Positions 8,800 to 18,117 of a stretch of DNA of 64,000 nt are shown here, piece after piece. This DNA is from an uncultured Candidatus Rokubacteria bacterium (GTDB lineage: Bacteria > Methylomirabilota > Methylomirabilia > Rokubacteriales > CSP1-6), in NCBI GenBank assembly GCA_963771355.1, contig CAVYTA010000007.1, positions 448,001 to 512,000 of the forward strand. Direction: 5' to 3'. The notes beneath the pieces were generated by a model. The model was not told the DNA's origin. It made no database searches and saw only the letters and a program-made list of their open reading frames with translations. A program made the position numbers and the translations under genes. How positions within the stretch are numbered: position 1 is the first letter of the stretch; each line of letters opens with the position of its first letter.

Positions 8800-10310
8800 T
8801 GGGCCCCATCGACGGGCTGATCTATGGCTTCGGGATCGCGCTGCAGCCGGCGAATATCTTCGCCTGCTTCCTCGGCGTGCTCATCGGCACCGTCGTCGGC
8901 ATCCTGCCCGGCATCGGGCCGGTGGGCGCCATGGCGCTGCTCCTGCCCTCGACCTTCGCGATGCAACCGGCGACCGCCATCATCATGCTCGCCGGCATCT
9001 ACTACGGCGCCATGTATGGCGGCTCCACGACGTCGATCCTGGTGAACGTGCCGGGCGAGGCGGCCTCCGTGGTGACCGCGCTGGATGGCTATCAGATGAC
9101 CAAGCGGGGCCGCGCCGGCGCCGCGCTGGCGGTGGCCGGGGTGGGCTCCTTCGTCGCCGGCACGGTGGGCGTGGTGGGGATCGTGCTCGCCGCCTCCTGG
9201 CTCGCCGACCAGGCGCTCCGCTTCGGCCCGCCGGAGTTCTTCGCGATGGCGGCGGCGGGGCTGATGCTGCTCTCGCGTTTGAGCGGCGGCTCCGTGATGC
9301 ACGGGCTTCTCATGGTCGCCATCGGGCTCGCGCTGGGCACGGTGGGCATGGAGCCGATCTCGGCGGTCCGGCGCTTCACCTTCGGCTCCAACCAGCTCTC
9401 CCAGGGCATCGAGCTGGTGCCGGTGATCATGGGGCTCTTCGGCGTGGCCGAGGTGCTCCTCATCGCGGAGTCCGGCATCCGCCGGGCCAGTATCTACTCG
9501 GTGAAGCTCCGGGAGCTGCTGCCCACGCGGGCCGAGTGGCGCCGCTCGGCTGCGCCCATCGCGCGGGGCTCCGTCGTCGGCTTCGTCACCGGTCTGGTGC
9601 CGGGCCCGGCCACCGTGCTCGCGACCTTCATCTCGTATGCTCTCGAGCGGCGCGTGTCGAAGCACCCGGAGGAGTTCGGCAAGGGGGCCATCGAGGGCGT
9701 GGCAGGCCCCGAGGCCGCGAACAATGCCGCCACCGCCGGCGCCATGGTCCCCCTCCTCTCCCTGGGCATCCCGTTCTCGCCGGCCACCGCCATCCTCCTC
9801 GGCGCGCTGGTCATCTCCGGCATCCAGCCCGGTCCACTCCTCATCAGCCAGCGGCCGGAGGTGTTCTGGGGCGTGGTGGCCAGCATGTACGTGGGCAATG
9901 CGATCCTGCTCATCCTCAACCTGCCCCTGGTAGGGCTCTTCGTGAGCGTGCTGCGGCTGCCTCAGCACGTGCTCGCCACCCTCGTCCTGCTCCTGTGTCT
10001 GGTGGGAGCCTTCAGCCTGAACAACAGCCAGCTCGATCTCTGGGTGCTGGTCATCTTCGGGATCTTCGGGTACGGGCTGCGCAAGCTCGCCATCGACCCC
10101 TCGCCGCTCGTGGTCGCCCTCGTCCTCGGGCCCATCATGGAAAAGACCCTGCGCCAGGCGCTCTTCATGGAGCGGGGCGATGTATTGTCGCTGGTGGGGC
10201 GACCGCTGACGGCCACGCTCTTGCTCCTGGGCGTGCTCGCCCTCGTCGGTCCGCCCCTGGCCCGGCTCCTGCGCGGCCGGCGCGCGAGCCACATGGAGAT
10301 TGCGCGATGA
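8799..10310 (+). CDS. tctA: Tripartite tricarboxylate transporter large membrane subunit
   Basis: GILPGIG, GIYYGAMYGGSTTSILVNVPGEA, GPEAANNA. Confidence 0.95.
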   Translation: MGPIDGLIYGFGIALQPANIFACFLGVLIGTVVGILPGIGPVGAMALLLPSTFAMQPATAIIMLAGIYYGAMYGGSTTSILVNVPGEAASVVTALDGYQMTKRGRAGAALAVAGVGSFVAGTVGVVGIVLAASWLADQALRFGPPEFFAMAAAGLMLLSRLSGGSVMHGLLMVAIGLALGTVGMEPISAVRRFTFGSNQLSQGIELVPVIMGLFGVAEVLLIAESGIRRASIYSVKLRELLPTRAEWRRSAAPIARGSVVGFVTGLVPGPATVLATFISYALERRVSKHPEEFGKGAIEGVAGPEAANNAATAGAMVPLLSLGIPFSPATAILLGALVISGIQPGPLLISQRPEVFWGVVASMYVGNAILLILNLPLVGLFVSVLRLPQHVLATLVLLLCLVGAFSLNNSQLDLWVLVIFGIFGYGLRKLAIDPSPLVVALVLGPIMEKTLRQALFMERGDVLSLVGRPLTATLLLLGVLALVGPPLARLLRGRRASHMEIAR

Positions 10311-10483
10311 AGAACGTGGACATGAAGGTGAACGGCGACATTCTCACCATCACCGTGGACCTCTCGAAGGAGTTCGGTCCCTCCTCGTCGGGGAAGACCA
10401 TCATCATCGCCTCGACGGAGGGGAACGTCAGCGTGCCGGAGCGCGAGGTGAAGGTGGGGCTGAACGTCTACCGGAAGAAGTGA
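10307..10483 (+). CDS. Conserved-looking 58-aa hypothetical protein
   Basis: MKNVDMKVNGDILTITVDLSKEFGPSSSGKTIIIASTEGNVSVPEREVKVGLNVYRKK; ATGA overlap with the tctA stop, GGAG RBS. Confidence 0.8.
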   Translation: MKNVDMKVNGDILTITVDLSKEFGPSSSGKTIIIASTEGNVSVPEREVKVGLNVYRKK

Positions 10484-10494
10484 GGGGCGGGGGC

Positions 10495-10782
10495 TCAGCC
10501 GACGACGACGGAGGGGATGGGCAGACGGTCGCGGGTCTTGATGCCGATGCCACGCGGGCTCACGTGGCGAACCTCCCCCACGGTGATGAAGGGCTCGCCC
10601 ATCTCCGCCACCAGCTCCAGCCGATAGGCCCGGCCCACCCGGAGCGCGGCCGTCGGGGCCGTCGCCAGGCAGATGCCGTGCTCGCTCACGTCGATGGTGT
10701 TCCCCACGATGATCTCGTCCGGAGTCCAGAGCCGACCCGCCCAGGTGGCGAGGATGCGGGGATCACGGCGGCGTTCGTCCAT
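10495..10782 (-). CDS. PilZ domain protein (c-di-GMP binding)
   Basis: ERRRDPR (RxxxR) and DVSEHG (DxSxxG). Confidence 0.8.
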   Translation of the reverse strand: MDERRRDPRILATWAGRLWTPDEIIVGNTIDVSEHGICLATAPTAALRVGRAYRLELVAEMGEPFITVGEVRHVSPRGIGIKTRDRLPIPSVVVG

Positions 10783-10932
10783 GGGAGGTAGCTCAGCACG
10801 CCCGGGTCGCCAGCGCAAGGCCGGACCGAGACCGACGGGCTGCGGTACACTCCCCTACGCCGGGGGCGATCGCGGGACCGGGTCGCCCGCCGGGTGGGGA
10901 CCACTCCTACGTGCCAACCGGGAGGAGATGCC

Positions 10933-11358
10933 ATGAGCGATACCGCGCAGCGCTTCAGCGCCAGCCTGGCCAAGGACGCGGTGTACACGCCGGGACTGCG
11001 CAGCTTCATGGAATATCGCGACCTGGGCGTCGCCGACGCCACTCACGGGCAATTCCGCGCCCACGTGGTCCGGATCAAGAAGGAGGCCGCCGGCGATCAC
11101 GACCTCCACACCACCGGGCTCCATCGGCATCTCTGCGACTTCCAGATGTTCTACGTGCTGAAGGGGTGGATCCGGTTCGTCTACGAGGGGCACGGGGAGC
11201 ACCGCTTCGGGCCGGGGGACTGCGTGGTCCAGCCGGCGGGCATCGTGCACAACGAGCTGGACTGCTCCGACGACCTCGAGCTGCTGGAGATCTACTCGCC
11301 CGCCGTGCACCAGACGGTCAAGGCCGAGACGATCGCCACCGCGGCCGCGGCTCGGTAG
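10933..11358 (+). CDS. Cupin domain protein
   Basis: LHRHLCDFQMFYVLKG..GDCVVQPAGIVHNE; GGAGG RBS. Confidence 0.88.
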   Translation: MSDTAQRFSASLAKDAVYTPGLRSFMEYRDLGVADATHGQFRAHVVRIKKEAAGDHDLHTTGLHRHLCDFQMFYVLKGWIRFVYEGHGEHRFGPGDCVVQPAGIVHNELDCSDDLELLEIYSPAVHQTVKAETIATAAAAR

Positions 11359-11367
11359 GCGACCCCC

Positions 11368-11910
11368 ATGGCCCGACTGCCCGATCCGCTCGACACGCTG
11401 GCCCCCGACGCCAAGCGCATCTACGACAAGATCAGCGCCAAGCGCGGCGCCATCCGGGGTCCTTTCGCTTCCCTCATGCACCACCCGACCCTCGCCGAGC
11501 GCGTGGGGGATCTCGGCGAGTTCCTCCGCTTCGACTCGTCTCTCCCCGGCGACATCCGCGAGCTGGCCATTCTCATCACCGCCCGCGCGGTGAGCCAGAC
11601 CTTCGAGTGGTACGCCCACGCCAAGATCGCGCGCACGGAGAAGCTGCCCGACGACGTGATCGAGCGGGTGCGCACCCGTGGGGATCTCGGCGCGCTGCCC
11701 GCGCGCTACCTCAAGCCGGCCCGGGTGGTCCAGCACGTGCTGGCCTTCGAGTCCATTCCCCAGGCGCTCCAGGACGAGGTCAAGGGAGAGCTCGGGATGA
11801 GCGGGCTCATGGAGCTGGTGGTGCTGGCGGGCCACTATCGCCTGATCGCGGGCGTGCTCTTCGCCTTCGACACCCCGCTGCCGCCGGGCGAGCCTCAGCC
11901 ATTCGCGTGA
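11368..11910 (+). CDS. Carboxymuconolactone decarboxylase family protein
   Basis: GPFASLMHHP, RELAILITAR..FEWYAH. Confidence 0.85.
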   Translation: MARLPDPLDTLAPDAKRIYDKISAKRGAIRGPFASLMHHPTLAERVGDLGEFLRFDSSLPGDIRELAILITARAVSQTFEWYAHAKIARTEKLPDDVIERVRTRGDLGALPARYLKPARVVQHVLAFESIPQALQDEVKGELGMSGLMELVVLAGHYRLIAGVLFAFDTPLPPGEPQPFA

Positions 11911-11923
11911 CGAGGGGCTGAAG

Positions 11924-12253
11924 GTGGAGGAGCGCGACCGCATCGCGGAGTTCAAGGAAGTGGCCGAGATCATGCCGGACGATCCGGTCGTCCGGTTCGG
12001 CCTGGCGGGCGCGTACCTCGAGGCCGGGCAGGCGGAGAACGCCGTCCTCGAATACGCGGAGACGATCCGGCTCAAGCCGGACTACTCGGCCGCCCATCGT
12101 GGACTCGGCCGGGCGCTGGAGCGGGCCGGACGCTCCGAGGAGGCCCAGGCCGCGTACCGAACCGGGCTGGAGGTGGCCACGCGGACCGGCGACCTCCAGA
12201 CGAAGAAGGAGATCGAGGTCTTCCTGCGCCGCCTGGATTCCGGCGGCGGCTGA
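11924..12253 (+). CDS. Tetratricopeptide repeat protein
   Basis: PDDPVVRFGLAGAY, PDYSAAHRGLGRAL. Confidence 0.8.
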   Translation: MEERDRIAEFKEVAEIMPDDPVVRFGLAGAYLEAGQAENAVLEYAETIRLKPDYSAAHRGLGRALERAGRSEEAQAAYRTGLEVATRTGDLQTKKEIEVFLRRLDSGGG

Positions 12254-12272
12254 GCAGGCCGGAGGAGACCCC

Positions 12273-13064
12273 ATGCAACCGAACCGGGTGAAGCGGATCC
12301 TGCGCGAGGGCGGCCTCGCGCTGGGGACCTACGTGGGCGGCATCGCCGATCCGCAGATCGTCGAGATCATCGGGCATGCCGGCTACGATGCGGCCTTCAT
12401 CGACATGGAGCACACGAGCTTCGACCTGCGGGACGTGCAGCTCATGGTGCTGGCCGCCGAGCGGGTGGGTATCACGCCCATCGTCCGCACGCCGGGCTTC
12501 GATCCCGCCTTCATCCTGCGACTGCTCGACATGGGAGTGCAGGGCATCCAGGTGCCGCACATCAATGACGCGCGCGCGGCCCGCGCGGCGGTGGCGGCGG
12601 TGCGTTACGCGCCCCTGGGCGACCGGGGGATGGCCGGCGCCAGCCGGGCCTCGGACTACGGCAGGGTCCCGATGGCGGAGCACATGGCCCAGTCCAACCG
12701 GGAGATCACGCTGGCGGTGATGGTCGAGGACCTGCCCGCGCTGGACGAGATCGACGCCATCGCCGCCACCGACGGCCTCGACATCGTCGCGGTGGGGCCG
12801 TCCGACATGTCGCGCGCGCTGGGGGTGGGCGGCACCGCCGATCACCCGAAGCTGCGCGCCGCGGTGGACCGGGTGGCGGAGGCGGTGCGCAAGGGCGGGG
12901 TGGCGCGCCTCGCCCTGCCCATGAACCACCCCACCTTGCCGCGCAATGCGGCCCAGCTGCGGGAGCTGGGGGTGGGCTACACCAACTGCGCGCCCGCTCC
13001 CGAGGTGCGCATGCTCAGGTCCATGCAGGCCCAGGTGGCGGAGGCGCGCGCGCTGCTCGGCTGA
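12273..13064 (+). CDS. HpcH/HpaI aldolase family protein
   Basis: GYDAAFIDMEH, LLDMGVQGIQVPH, RYAPLGDRG, VGPSDMS. Confidence 0.9.
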   Translation: MQPNRVKRILREGGLALGTYVGGIADPQIVEIIGHAGYDAAFIDMEHTSFDLRDVQLMVLAAERVGITPIVRTPGFDPAFILRLLDMGVQGIQVPHINDARAARAAVAAVRYAPLGDRGMAGASRASDYGRVPMAEHMAQSNREITLAVMVEDLPALDEIDAIAATDGLDIVAVGPSDMSRALGVGGTADHPKLRAAVDRVAEAVRKGGVARLALPMNHPTLPRNAAQLRELGVGYTNCAPAPEVRMLRSMQAQVAEARALLG

Positions 13065-13101
13065 GGCGGTTTGCGGGCGCGGGGGTGCGGGGCGCCCGGA
13101 G

Positions 13102-13950
13102 CTAGAGCCCCACCGTCTTCGCGATGCGCTCGAGCTCCGCGCCCATCTCGGCGTCGGTCTTCACCGTGGCCGGCCGCACGATGACGCGATTGGCGCCGGC
13201 GTCGAGCAGGCGGCGGATCAGGTCGCGGTCGGCGGGCTGGCCGTGCACCGAGATGGTGATGGCGCCGGGATCACGGCCCGCGTCCTTCGCGAGTCGATCC
13301 AGGGTGGCCCGGCTCTCGCGGAGCTGGTCCGGCGTGGTGCGATTCGGCAGCCATCCGTCGCCCCAGGCCACCACGCGCTCCAGCACGCGCTTGGCGCCGC
13401 CGCCGAGAATCACCGGCGGGTGCGGCTTCTGCGCCGGCTTGGGATAGGAGCGGACGGGCGGGAAGTTGTAGTAGCGGCCGTGGAACTCGGCCTCGGGCTT
13501 GGTCCACAGTTCCTTCATGGCCAGGACCGACTCCCGCGTCTGCGTCCAGCGGTGGTCGAAATCCCCGCCCATGATCTCGGTCTCCTCCCGGAGCCATCCC
13601 GCGCCGATGCCGAAGAGGAATCGGCCGCCGCTGAAGTGATCGAGCGTGGACACTTCCTTGGCGAGGAGCAGCGGGTGCCGCTCGGGAACGAGCACGATGC
13701 CGGTCCCCAGCTTGATGCGCGTCGTGGTCCCCGAGGCCCGCGCCAGCGCGACGAAGGGATCGACGAAGTGGGAATAGCTCTCGGGGATGACGCCGTCGTC
13801 CGAGCCGGGGAAGCGGCTGGCCGAGCGCACCGGGATGAACGGATGCTCGGCGCACCAGAAGGACTCGAAGCCGAGCGCCTCGGCCTTGCCCGCCATGGCG
13901 CCCACGTCGACCAGATAAGCGGGCAGGGGAACCGCGACCCCGACGTTCAT
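13102..13950 (-). CDS. LLM-class oxidoreductase, probably F420-dependent
   Basis: AEALGFESFWCAEH, DPFVALA, STLDHFSGGRFLFGIGAGWLREE; ATGA overlap with the upstream gene. Confidence 0.88.
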   Translation of the reverse strand: MNVGVAVPLPAYLVDVGAMAGKAEALGFESFWCAEHPFIPVRSASRFPGSDDGVIPESYSHFVDPFVALARASGTTTRIKLGTGIVLVPERHPLLLAKEVSTLDHFSGGRFLFGIGAGWLREETEIMGGDFDHRWTQTRESVLAMKELWTKPEAEFHGRYYNFPPVRSYPKPAQKPHPPVILGGGAKRVLERVVAWGDGWLPNRTTPDQLRESRATLDRLAKDAGRDPGAITISVHGQPADRDLIRRLLDAGANRVIVRPATVKTDAEMGAELERIAKTVGL

Positions 13951-15548
13951 GCCCACTCCTCGCGGAGGCCGAGGGCCTCCAGGTAGCGGCGATACGGCTC
14001 GAGGGTGTCGCCGTACTTCTGGTGGCCCGCGGTGTGCTGGGCGCAGGCGAGCAGGAGCCGTTCGCGGTCGCCGTGCGGGTTGCGCCGGTAGTCGTCCAGC
14101 AGGCAGAGCGCGATCTCCTGGTTGTGCGTGTCGTTGCCGTGCTTGAGCGCGTCGAGCGCCAGCACGCTCACCAGGCGCGCGCGGTCATGGCCGCCCGCGA
14201 GATAGGCGCGGGTCCACGCGACGCTCTCGGGCGCCTTCATCGCGACCTGGGCGGCGTCCAGCCGGTGGAGGATCTCGTCGGCGGACAGGCCGTCGCTGCC
14301 CATCGGCGCGCGGGTGTCGACCTTGCCGTTGCGCGGGGTGGCGCGCAGCCAGTGGGCGACCTGGCAGATGAACGAGCCCGCCACGTAGAGGAGCTTGAGC
14401 CGGTGCGGGTGCTCGAAGGTGTTGAGGAACCAGCGCAGCGTATTCGAGTACTGGAAGCAGTGCTGGGGCCCCGAGAAGTCGCGGCCGTCGGTGGTGTCGA
14501 GGAGGAGATCGGCGATGGCGATCTGCATGGTATCGAGGATGTGCAGGGGAGCCTTGCCGGCCTGGAGAAGCGCGGTGATCGCCTCGATGTAGGCCGGCTC
14601 GGGCGCCCGGAGGGCCTCGATCAGGCCCTGCGCCTCCGCGGGCGTCAGCGGTGCGCGGTTGGCGAGGAAGCGCTCCTCGCAGACGACCGACGGGCTCGCC
14701 TCCAGCGAGGACTGGTTGCGGTGCTCGTCGTCGGCGAGATCGACCCAGCTCACCTGGCAGGCCATCTCGTAGGCGGAGTGCCAGCGCGGTCCCACCGCCA
14801 TGTCCAGCGCGCCCGCATAGACCACGTCGTGCGCGTCATCCCAGCCCACCGCGTTGCCGACGTCGATGGTGGCGCGGGCGCGGTAGGACTTGTGGCCGGT
14901 GGTGTAGGAGCGGTTGTAGAGCATCCGGTCCTGCACGTCGATGAGCCCGGCGAAGGCGAGCTGCGCGAAGAGCTCGCGATGGTGCTCGCGCGCCTCGAAG
15001 AGGCCCAGGAAGACGCGATAGGCCTCGATCACCTGGCCCTGCTGCACCAGGGTGAGCCAGTGGTCGAGCCCGTCCTGGTAGGGACCGTCCAGGCGGTGCG
15101 GGGCCTGGTCCGCCCAGTGCGCGACGGGGGCGGGGAAGGGCGGCGTCTTGCTGCCCTTCCAGGTCCGGCGGCCGTAGTGGCCCGGCGCGCCGCCGAGCAG
15201 CTGGTTCCACTGATCCAGCGCGGTGGGCACGTACCAGACCGTCTGGGCCATCGGCAGGTAGGCCAGCTCCGGCGCGACGAAGGCGGGCAGGAACAGACTC
15301 GACCGCGTGCTCAGGAGGCAGTGGTCGTTGTTGACGAAGCGGAAGAAGCCGCGGTCGACCCGCTGGTGATACGGCACGTGGGTGTAGGGGGCGTGGATCC
15401 GTACCGTCTCGCGGGCGATCTCGGGGAGCGGCCGGCCGGCCTTGATCAGCTCGTGGAAGACGCCGGTCGCCCCGACCTGATCCCGGGCCAGGTAGCGGTC
15501 TTCCAGCTTTCCGTACAGCGCGGCGGCTCCGTTTCCCGCGTTCGCCAT
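13947..15548 (-). CDS. Uncharacterised helical protein with repeated His motifs
   Basis: 533-aa ORF, GGAGG RBS; NNDHC, TTGHK, GPQHC and NDTHNQE motifs. Confidence 0.8.
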   Translation of the reverse strand: MANAGNGAAALYGKLEDRYLARDQVGATGVFHELIKAGRPLPEIARETVRIHAPYTHVPYHQRVDRGFFRFVNNDHCLLSTRSSLFLPAFVAPELAYLPMAQTVWYVPTALDQWNQLLGGAPGHYGRRTWKGSKTPPFPAPVAHWADQAPHRLDGPYQDGLDHWLTLVQQGQVIEAYRVFLGLFEAREHHRELFAQLAFAGLIDVQDRMLYNRSYTTGHKSYRARATIDVGNAVGWDDAHDVVYAGALDMAVGPRWHSAYEMACQVSWVDLADDEHRNQSSLEASPSVVCEERFLANRAPLTPAEAQGLIEALRAPEPAYIEAITALLQAGKAPLHILDTMQIAIADLLLDTTDGRDFSGPQHCFQYSNTLRWFLNTFEHPHRLKLLYVAGSFICQVAHWLRATPRNGKVDTRAPMGSDGLSADEILHRLDAAQVAMKAPESVAWTRAYLAGGHDRARLVSVLALDALKHGNDTHNQEIALCLLDDYRRNPHGDRERLLLACAQHTAGHQKYGDTLEPYRRYLEALGLREEWA

Positions 15549-15614
15549 GTGGGTGACCTCCGTTGGTCGGCTGCGGTCACCATACCCCCGCCCACCGATA
15601 GGGTCCAGTCCCTC

Positions 15615-16376
15615 TTACGTGCCCCCGACGGTCAGCTTCTCGTACAGCGCGCTGAGGATCTCGTCCACCGCCGCCGCCCCCCACAGGTCGAAGAAGGCCG
15701 AGCCCTGGAGCGCCACGAATTCTCGCCCGGCCCGCTCCTGCGCCTGCGCCGCGCTCTCGCCGGGCCGGGCGCGGCCCTGGTGCCCCCGGACGAGGTCCTT
15801 GTGGTAGATGGCGGGATACTCGACGTATCGATGGAGCTCGCGGAAGTCCCGCGTGTAGAACACCGCCACCGGGATCGATGCCCACTCGCCGCCGTTCTTC
15901 GCGTTGAGGAACTGCAGCATCAGGTCGTGGTTACCGTCAGGGGACGCGGCGGGATCGGGTCGTCGCGTGCCGAGAATCTTCTGGCCGTCGCGATTGAAGA
16001 TGCGGAGCTCGAGCCCGCCGGCCTCGGCCAGCCGCGCGAGCATGGGCACGTCGCGCCGGCAGTCGGACGACCAGTCTTCCGAGATGACCAGGATCCGGGC
16101 GGGGCCGTCGGGCTGGGCGGCGAGCCACTTCACCGCGGCGACCTGCGGCTCGCTGAGCCGCGCGCGCGCATGGCGGTCGCGGAAGACCGCGCTCTGGTCC
16201 CGGCGGGGAGCGCCGAAGGACCCGCCGTCGGGGAGATAGCCGCCGAAGGCCTCGCGGCCGAGATTGTCCGCGCTGCCGACATAGGCGACGTAGTCCTCGA
16301 AGGTCATGCCCTGGGCATACCGCTCGGGGGTCAGGGGAGCGGTTTCCTCCGGCGCGCGACCGTCCGGGACCGGCAT
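15615..16376 (-). CDS. Thioredoxin-like protein (Thioredoxin_9 type) with SxxC site
   Basis: ILVISEDWSSDCRRDVP..SIPVAVF. Confidence 0.8.
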   Translation of the reverse strand: MPVPDGRAPEETAPLTPERYAQGMTFEDYVAYVGSADNLGREAFGGYLPDGGSFGAPRRDQSAVFRDRHARARLSEPQVAAVKWLAAQPDGPARILVISEDWSSDCRRDVPMLARLAEAGGLELRIFNRDGQKILGTRRPDPAASPDGNHDLMLQFLNAKNGGEWASIPVAVFYTRDFRELHRYVEYPAIYHKDLVRGHQGRARPGESAAQAQERAGREFVALQGSAFFDLWGAAAVDEILSALYEKLTVGGT

Positions 16377-16460
16377 GGCGCCGATAGTGCGCTCGCGCTC
16401 CCGTCCCCGTCAAGGCGGCCCGGTTGACTTTGCCGCCGAGGGCGGGGCACGATCCGGGGC

Positions 16461-18077
16461 GTGTCCGAGGACCCGCATCCGTCGGCCTCGCTCTCCTCCA
16501 CGCGGAAGTGGGCCATCACGATCTCGGTGATGCTGATCACCGTCACCCAGATGATCGACACCAGCATCACCAACGTCGCGCTCCCCCACATGCAGGGCTC
16601 GCTGGCGACGAGCGTGGAGGAGACCTCCTGGGTGCTCACTTCCTATCTCGCCGCGAATGCCATCGCGGTCCCCGCCACCGCGTGGCTCACCGGCCTCCTG
16701 GGCCGCCGCCGGCTCTTCCTGCTCTGCGCCACCGTGTTCACGGCGTCCTCGTTTCTCTCGGGGCTCGCGCCCAATCTGGAATTTCTCGTCGTCATGCGAG
16801 TGATCCAGGGGCTGGGGGGCGGCCCCATCATCCCCATGGCGCAGGCCACCATGTGGGAGATCTTCCCCCTCCGCCAGCGCGGGCTCGCCATGGCGGTCTG
16901 GGGCATGGGCATCATGATGGCGCCCATCCTCGGCCCCACGCTGGGCGGCTGGATCTGCGACAACTGGTCCTGGCGCTGGATCTTCTACGTGAACCTCCCC
17001 ATCGGCGTGGTCGGGTTCCTCATGGCGAGCGCCTTCCTCTTCGACTCCCCCTATTCGCGCAAGGCCTCCTCGGTCGACTGGCAGGGTCTGGTCTTGATGG
17101 TGATCGGCTTCGGCTCACTCCAGCTCATGCTCGACCGCGGGGAGCGGGCAGACTGGTTCGAGTCCACCGCCATCACCGCGCTCGCCCTGCTCGCCGCCTT
17201 CGCCATTGCCTGCTTCCTCTATCGCGAGTTGACCGCCGATGAGCCCATCCTCAACCTCACCGTGTTCAACGACCGGAACTTCGCCGTCGGCTCCCTGGTG
17301 ATGGCGACGGTGGGGTTCGGCTTCTACTCGAGCACGGTGCTGCTGGCGCTCTATACGCAGAAGGTGATGGCTTACGACGCGTGGACATCGGGACTGGTGC
17401 TGGCGCCGGGCGGGCTCGGCAATATGGCCGCACTGCTCATCTCGGGTCGCCTGGTGACCCGAATGGATCAGCGGCTGCTGCTCGGCGTCGGCTGCGCGCT
17501 CAACATCACGGCCTTCGTCCTGATGACCAATATCTCGCTCGGCATGGACTACTACGCGCTCGCCCTGCCCCGCTTCATCCAGGGACTGGGCCAGGGGTTC
17601 ACCTTCGTGCCGCTGCAAACCCTCGCCCTGGCCACCGTCCCCATGCAGCGGCTGTCCAACGCCACCGCGGCCTACAACGTGGTGCGGAACTTCGGCGGCA
17701 GCATGGGCATCGCCATGGCCACCACCCTGCTGGCCCGGCGCAGCCAGTACCATCAGTCGACCCTGGCCGGCCACGTGACGGTGTGGGATCCGGAGACGGC
17801 CGCCCGCCTGAAGGAATGGACCGGCCATTTTGTTGGCCAGGGCGCGGACGGCTTCACCGCCCAGCGCCGGGCGGTGGCCATGCTCTACCGCGGCACCCAG
17901 GATCAGGCGCAGGTGCTGGCCTATGCCGATGCCTACGTGGTCCTGGTGATCCTCTTCGTGGGGATCGTCTTCCTGCTGCCGCTGATGCGGCGGGTGCGCG
18001 TGGACCAGACCGGCCCGAAGGCGGCGCGGCCCGCGGAGGGCCGGGCCGAGGCGGTGTCCGGCGCCGCCGCCGACTAG
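16461..18077 (+). CDS. DHA2 (EmrB/QacA) MFS efflux permease
   Basis: IDTSITNVALP, WVLTSYL, APILGPTLGGWI, WRWIFYVNLPIG. Confidence 0.93.
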   Translation: MSEDPHPSASLSSTRKWAITISVMLITVTQMIDTSITNVALPHMQGSLATSVEETSWVLTSYLAANAIAVPATAWLTGLLGRRRLFLLCATVFTASSFLSGLAPNLEFLVVMRVIQGLGGGPIIPMAQATMWEIFPLRQRGLAMAVWGMGIMMAPILGPTLGGWICDNWSWRWIFYVNLPIGVVGFLMASAFLFDSPYSRKASSVDWQGLVLMVIGFGSLQLMLDRGERADWFESTAITALALLAAFAIACFLYRELTADEPILNLTVFNDRNFAVGSLVMATVGFGFYSSTVLLALYTQKVMAYDAWTSGLVLAPGGLGNMAALLISGRLVTRMDQRLLLGVGCALNITAFVLMTNISLGMDYYALALPRFIQGLGQGFTFVPLQTLALATVPMQRLSNATAAYNVVRNFGGSMGIAMATTLLARRSQYHQSTLAGHVTVWDPETAARLKEWTGHFVGQGADGFTAQRRAVAMLYRGTQDQAQVLAYADAYVVLVILFVGIVFLLPLMRRVRVDQTGPKAARPAEGRAEAVSGAAAD

Positions 18078-18117
18078 GGTTGGGGAATCTGCCCCGATCC
18101 TCGCGCAAACTTCGCGG

